Positions 63,712-64,000 of a stretch of 64,000 bases of DNA are shown here, piece by piece. The translations under genes and the position numbers were made by a program. The notes below the pieces were generated by a model that saw only the letters and a list, made by a program, of their open reading frames with translations, had not been told where the DNA came from and ran no database searches. Within the stretch, counting starts at the first letter, position 1. Each line of letters opens with the position of its first letter. This DNA is from an uncultured Phycisphaeraceae bacterium (lineage in GTDB: Bacteria; Planctomycetota; Phycisphaerae; Phycisphaerales; Phycisphaeraceae): assembly GCA_963799335.1 (NCBI GenBank), contig CAWCWR010000001.1, positions 436,414 to 500,413 on the forward strand, in the 5' to 3' direction.

Positions 63712-64000
63712 TAAAGATCGGAATCGTATAGCTCGCTCAGCCAATCTTGGGCTGCATGAAACACTCGCTCAACGGTCAATACTTTTTCACGATAACTATA
63801 AATAATCAAATAATTCGGATACTTCCGAACAATCGCACGTCTCAGTTCTAGATTGACCAAGGTGTCATGATCTAGTCGTGGGTTGCTCTTTGGCCAAATG
63901 AGCAGATCATCAATCGTTGATCGAAAGGATTCACGAAAGCCTTCGGCCGCTTCAAAGTTATCGCGAGCAATGTATTCCGCAATACCGATAACGTCGGAGG
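63712..64000 (-). CDS. ParE/RelE-family toxin, partial (5' end beyond the window)
   Basis: Hand translation of the minus strand gives ...FRSTIDDLLIWPKSNPRLDHDTLVNLELRRAIVRKYPNYLIIYSYREKVLTVERVFHAAQDWLSELYDSDL*. The region is about 45% GC. Confidence 0.6.

Overview
High-GC (about 65-70%) bacterial chromosomal segment, probably Planctomycetota. Evidence for the phylum call: several PEP-CTERM anchored proteins, DUF1559/H-X9-DG prepilin-like proteins, an autotransporter, and a eukaryotic-type GT3 glycogen synthase. The window contains the replication initiator dnaA, with a weak DnaA-box region immediately upstream. The remaining genes are housekeeping and envelope genes. Recognised ones include mutM, purU, lpdA, a Kef-type antiporter, nrdR, hldE, lpxK, maf, leuB-like, cbiX, a QueD-like protein, a YuaF/NfeD plus flotillin pair, a CbpA-like dnaJ plus clpB pair, and a PP2A-like phosphatase. 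A large fraction of genes carry frameshifts, including clpB, dnaA, dnaJ, leuB, the flotillin and the GGDEF gene. The shifts often sit at homopolymers or short repeats, so I read most of them as assembly indel errors rather than true pseudogenes. The most interesting content is listed here. (1) A ParA/MinD-type ATPase apparently fused, across a C7 homopolymer frameshift, to an AMPK-beta-type glycogen-binding domain (CBM48). It is followed by a large Pro-rich unknown protein and sits in a window that also encodes a GT3 glycogen synthase. I propose it as a candidate glycogen-granule positioning module. (2) Two copies of a roughly 245-bp MITE-like element in inverted orientation bracket a 1.9-kb three-gene cassette. 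(3) A low-GC islet encodes a GIY-YIG/DUF4357 nuclease co-oriented with a hypothetical gene. (4) A PD-(D/E)xK nuclease gene (PDDEXK_4-like call is tentative) carries an in-frame TAA, is followed by a redoxin gene, and loses GC towards its 3' end. (5) Several intergenic repeat classes recur: heptamer G-tract arrays at divergent promoters, an octamer tandem array with an inverted partner, a REP-like 17-mer, and C-rich tracts immediately 3' of stop codons that may be Rho rut sites. Also present are a 5'-truncated C5 cytosine methyltransferase at the left edge and a partial ParE/RelE toxin at the right edge, both without a visible partner. I recognised no tRNA, rRNA or CRISPR array. Coordinates that I read by eye rather than took from the ORF track may be off by up to about 10 bp, because my manual counts disagreed with the track at a few checked positions.
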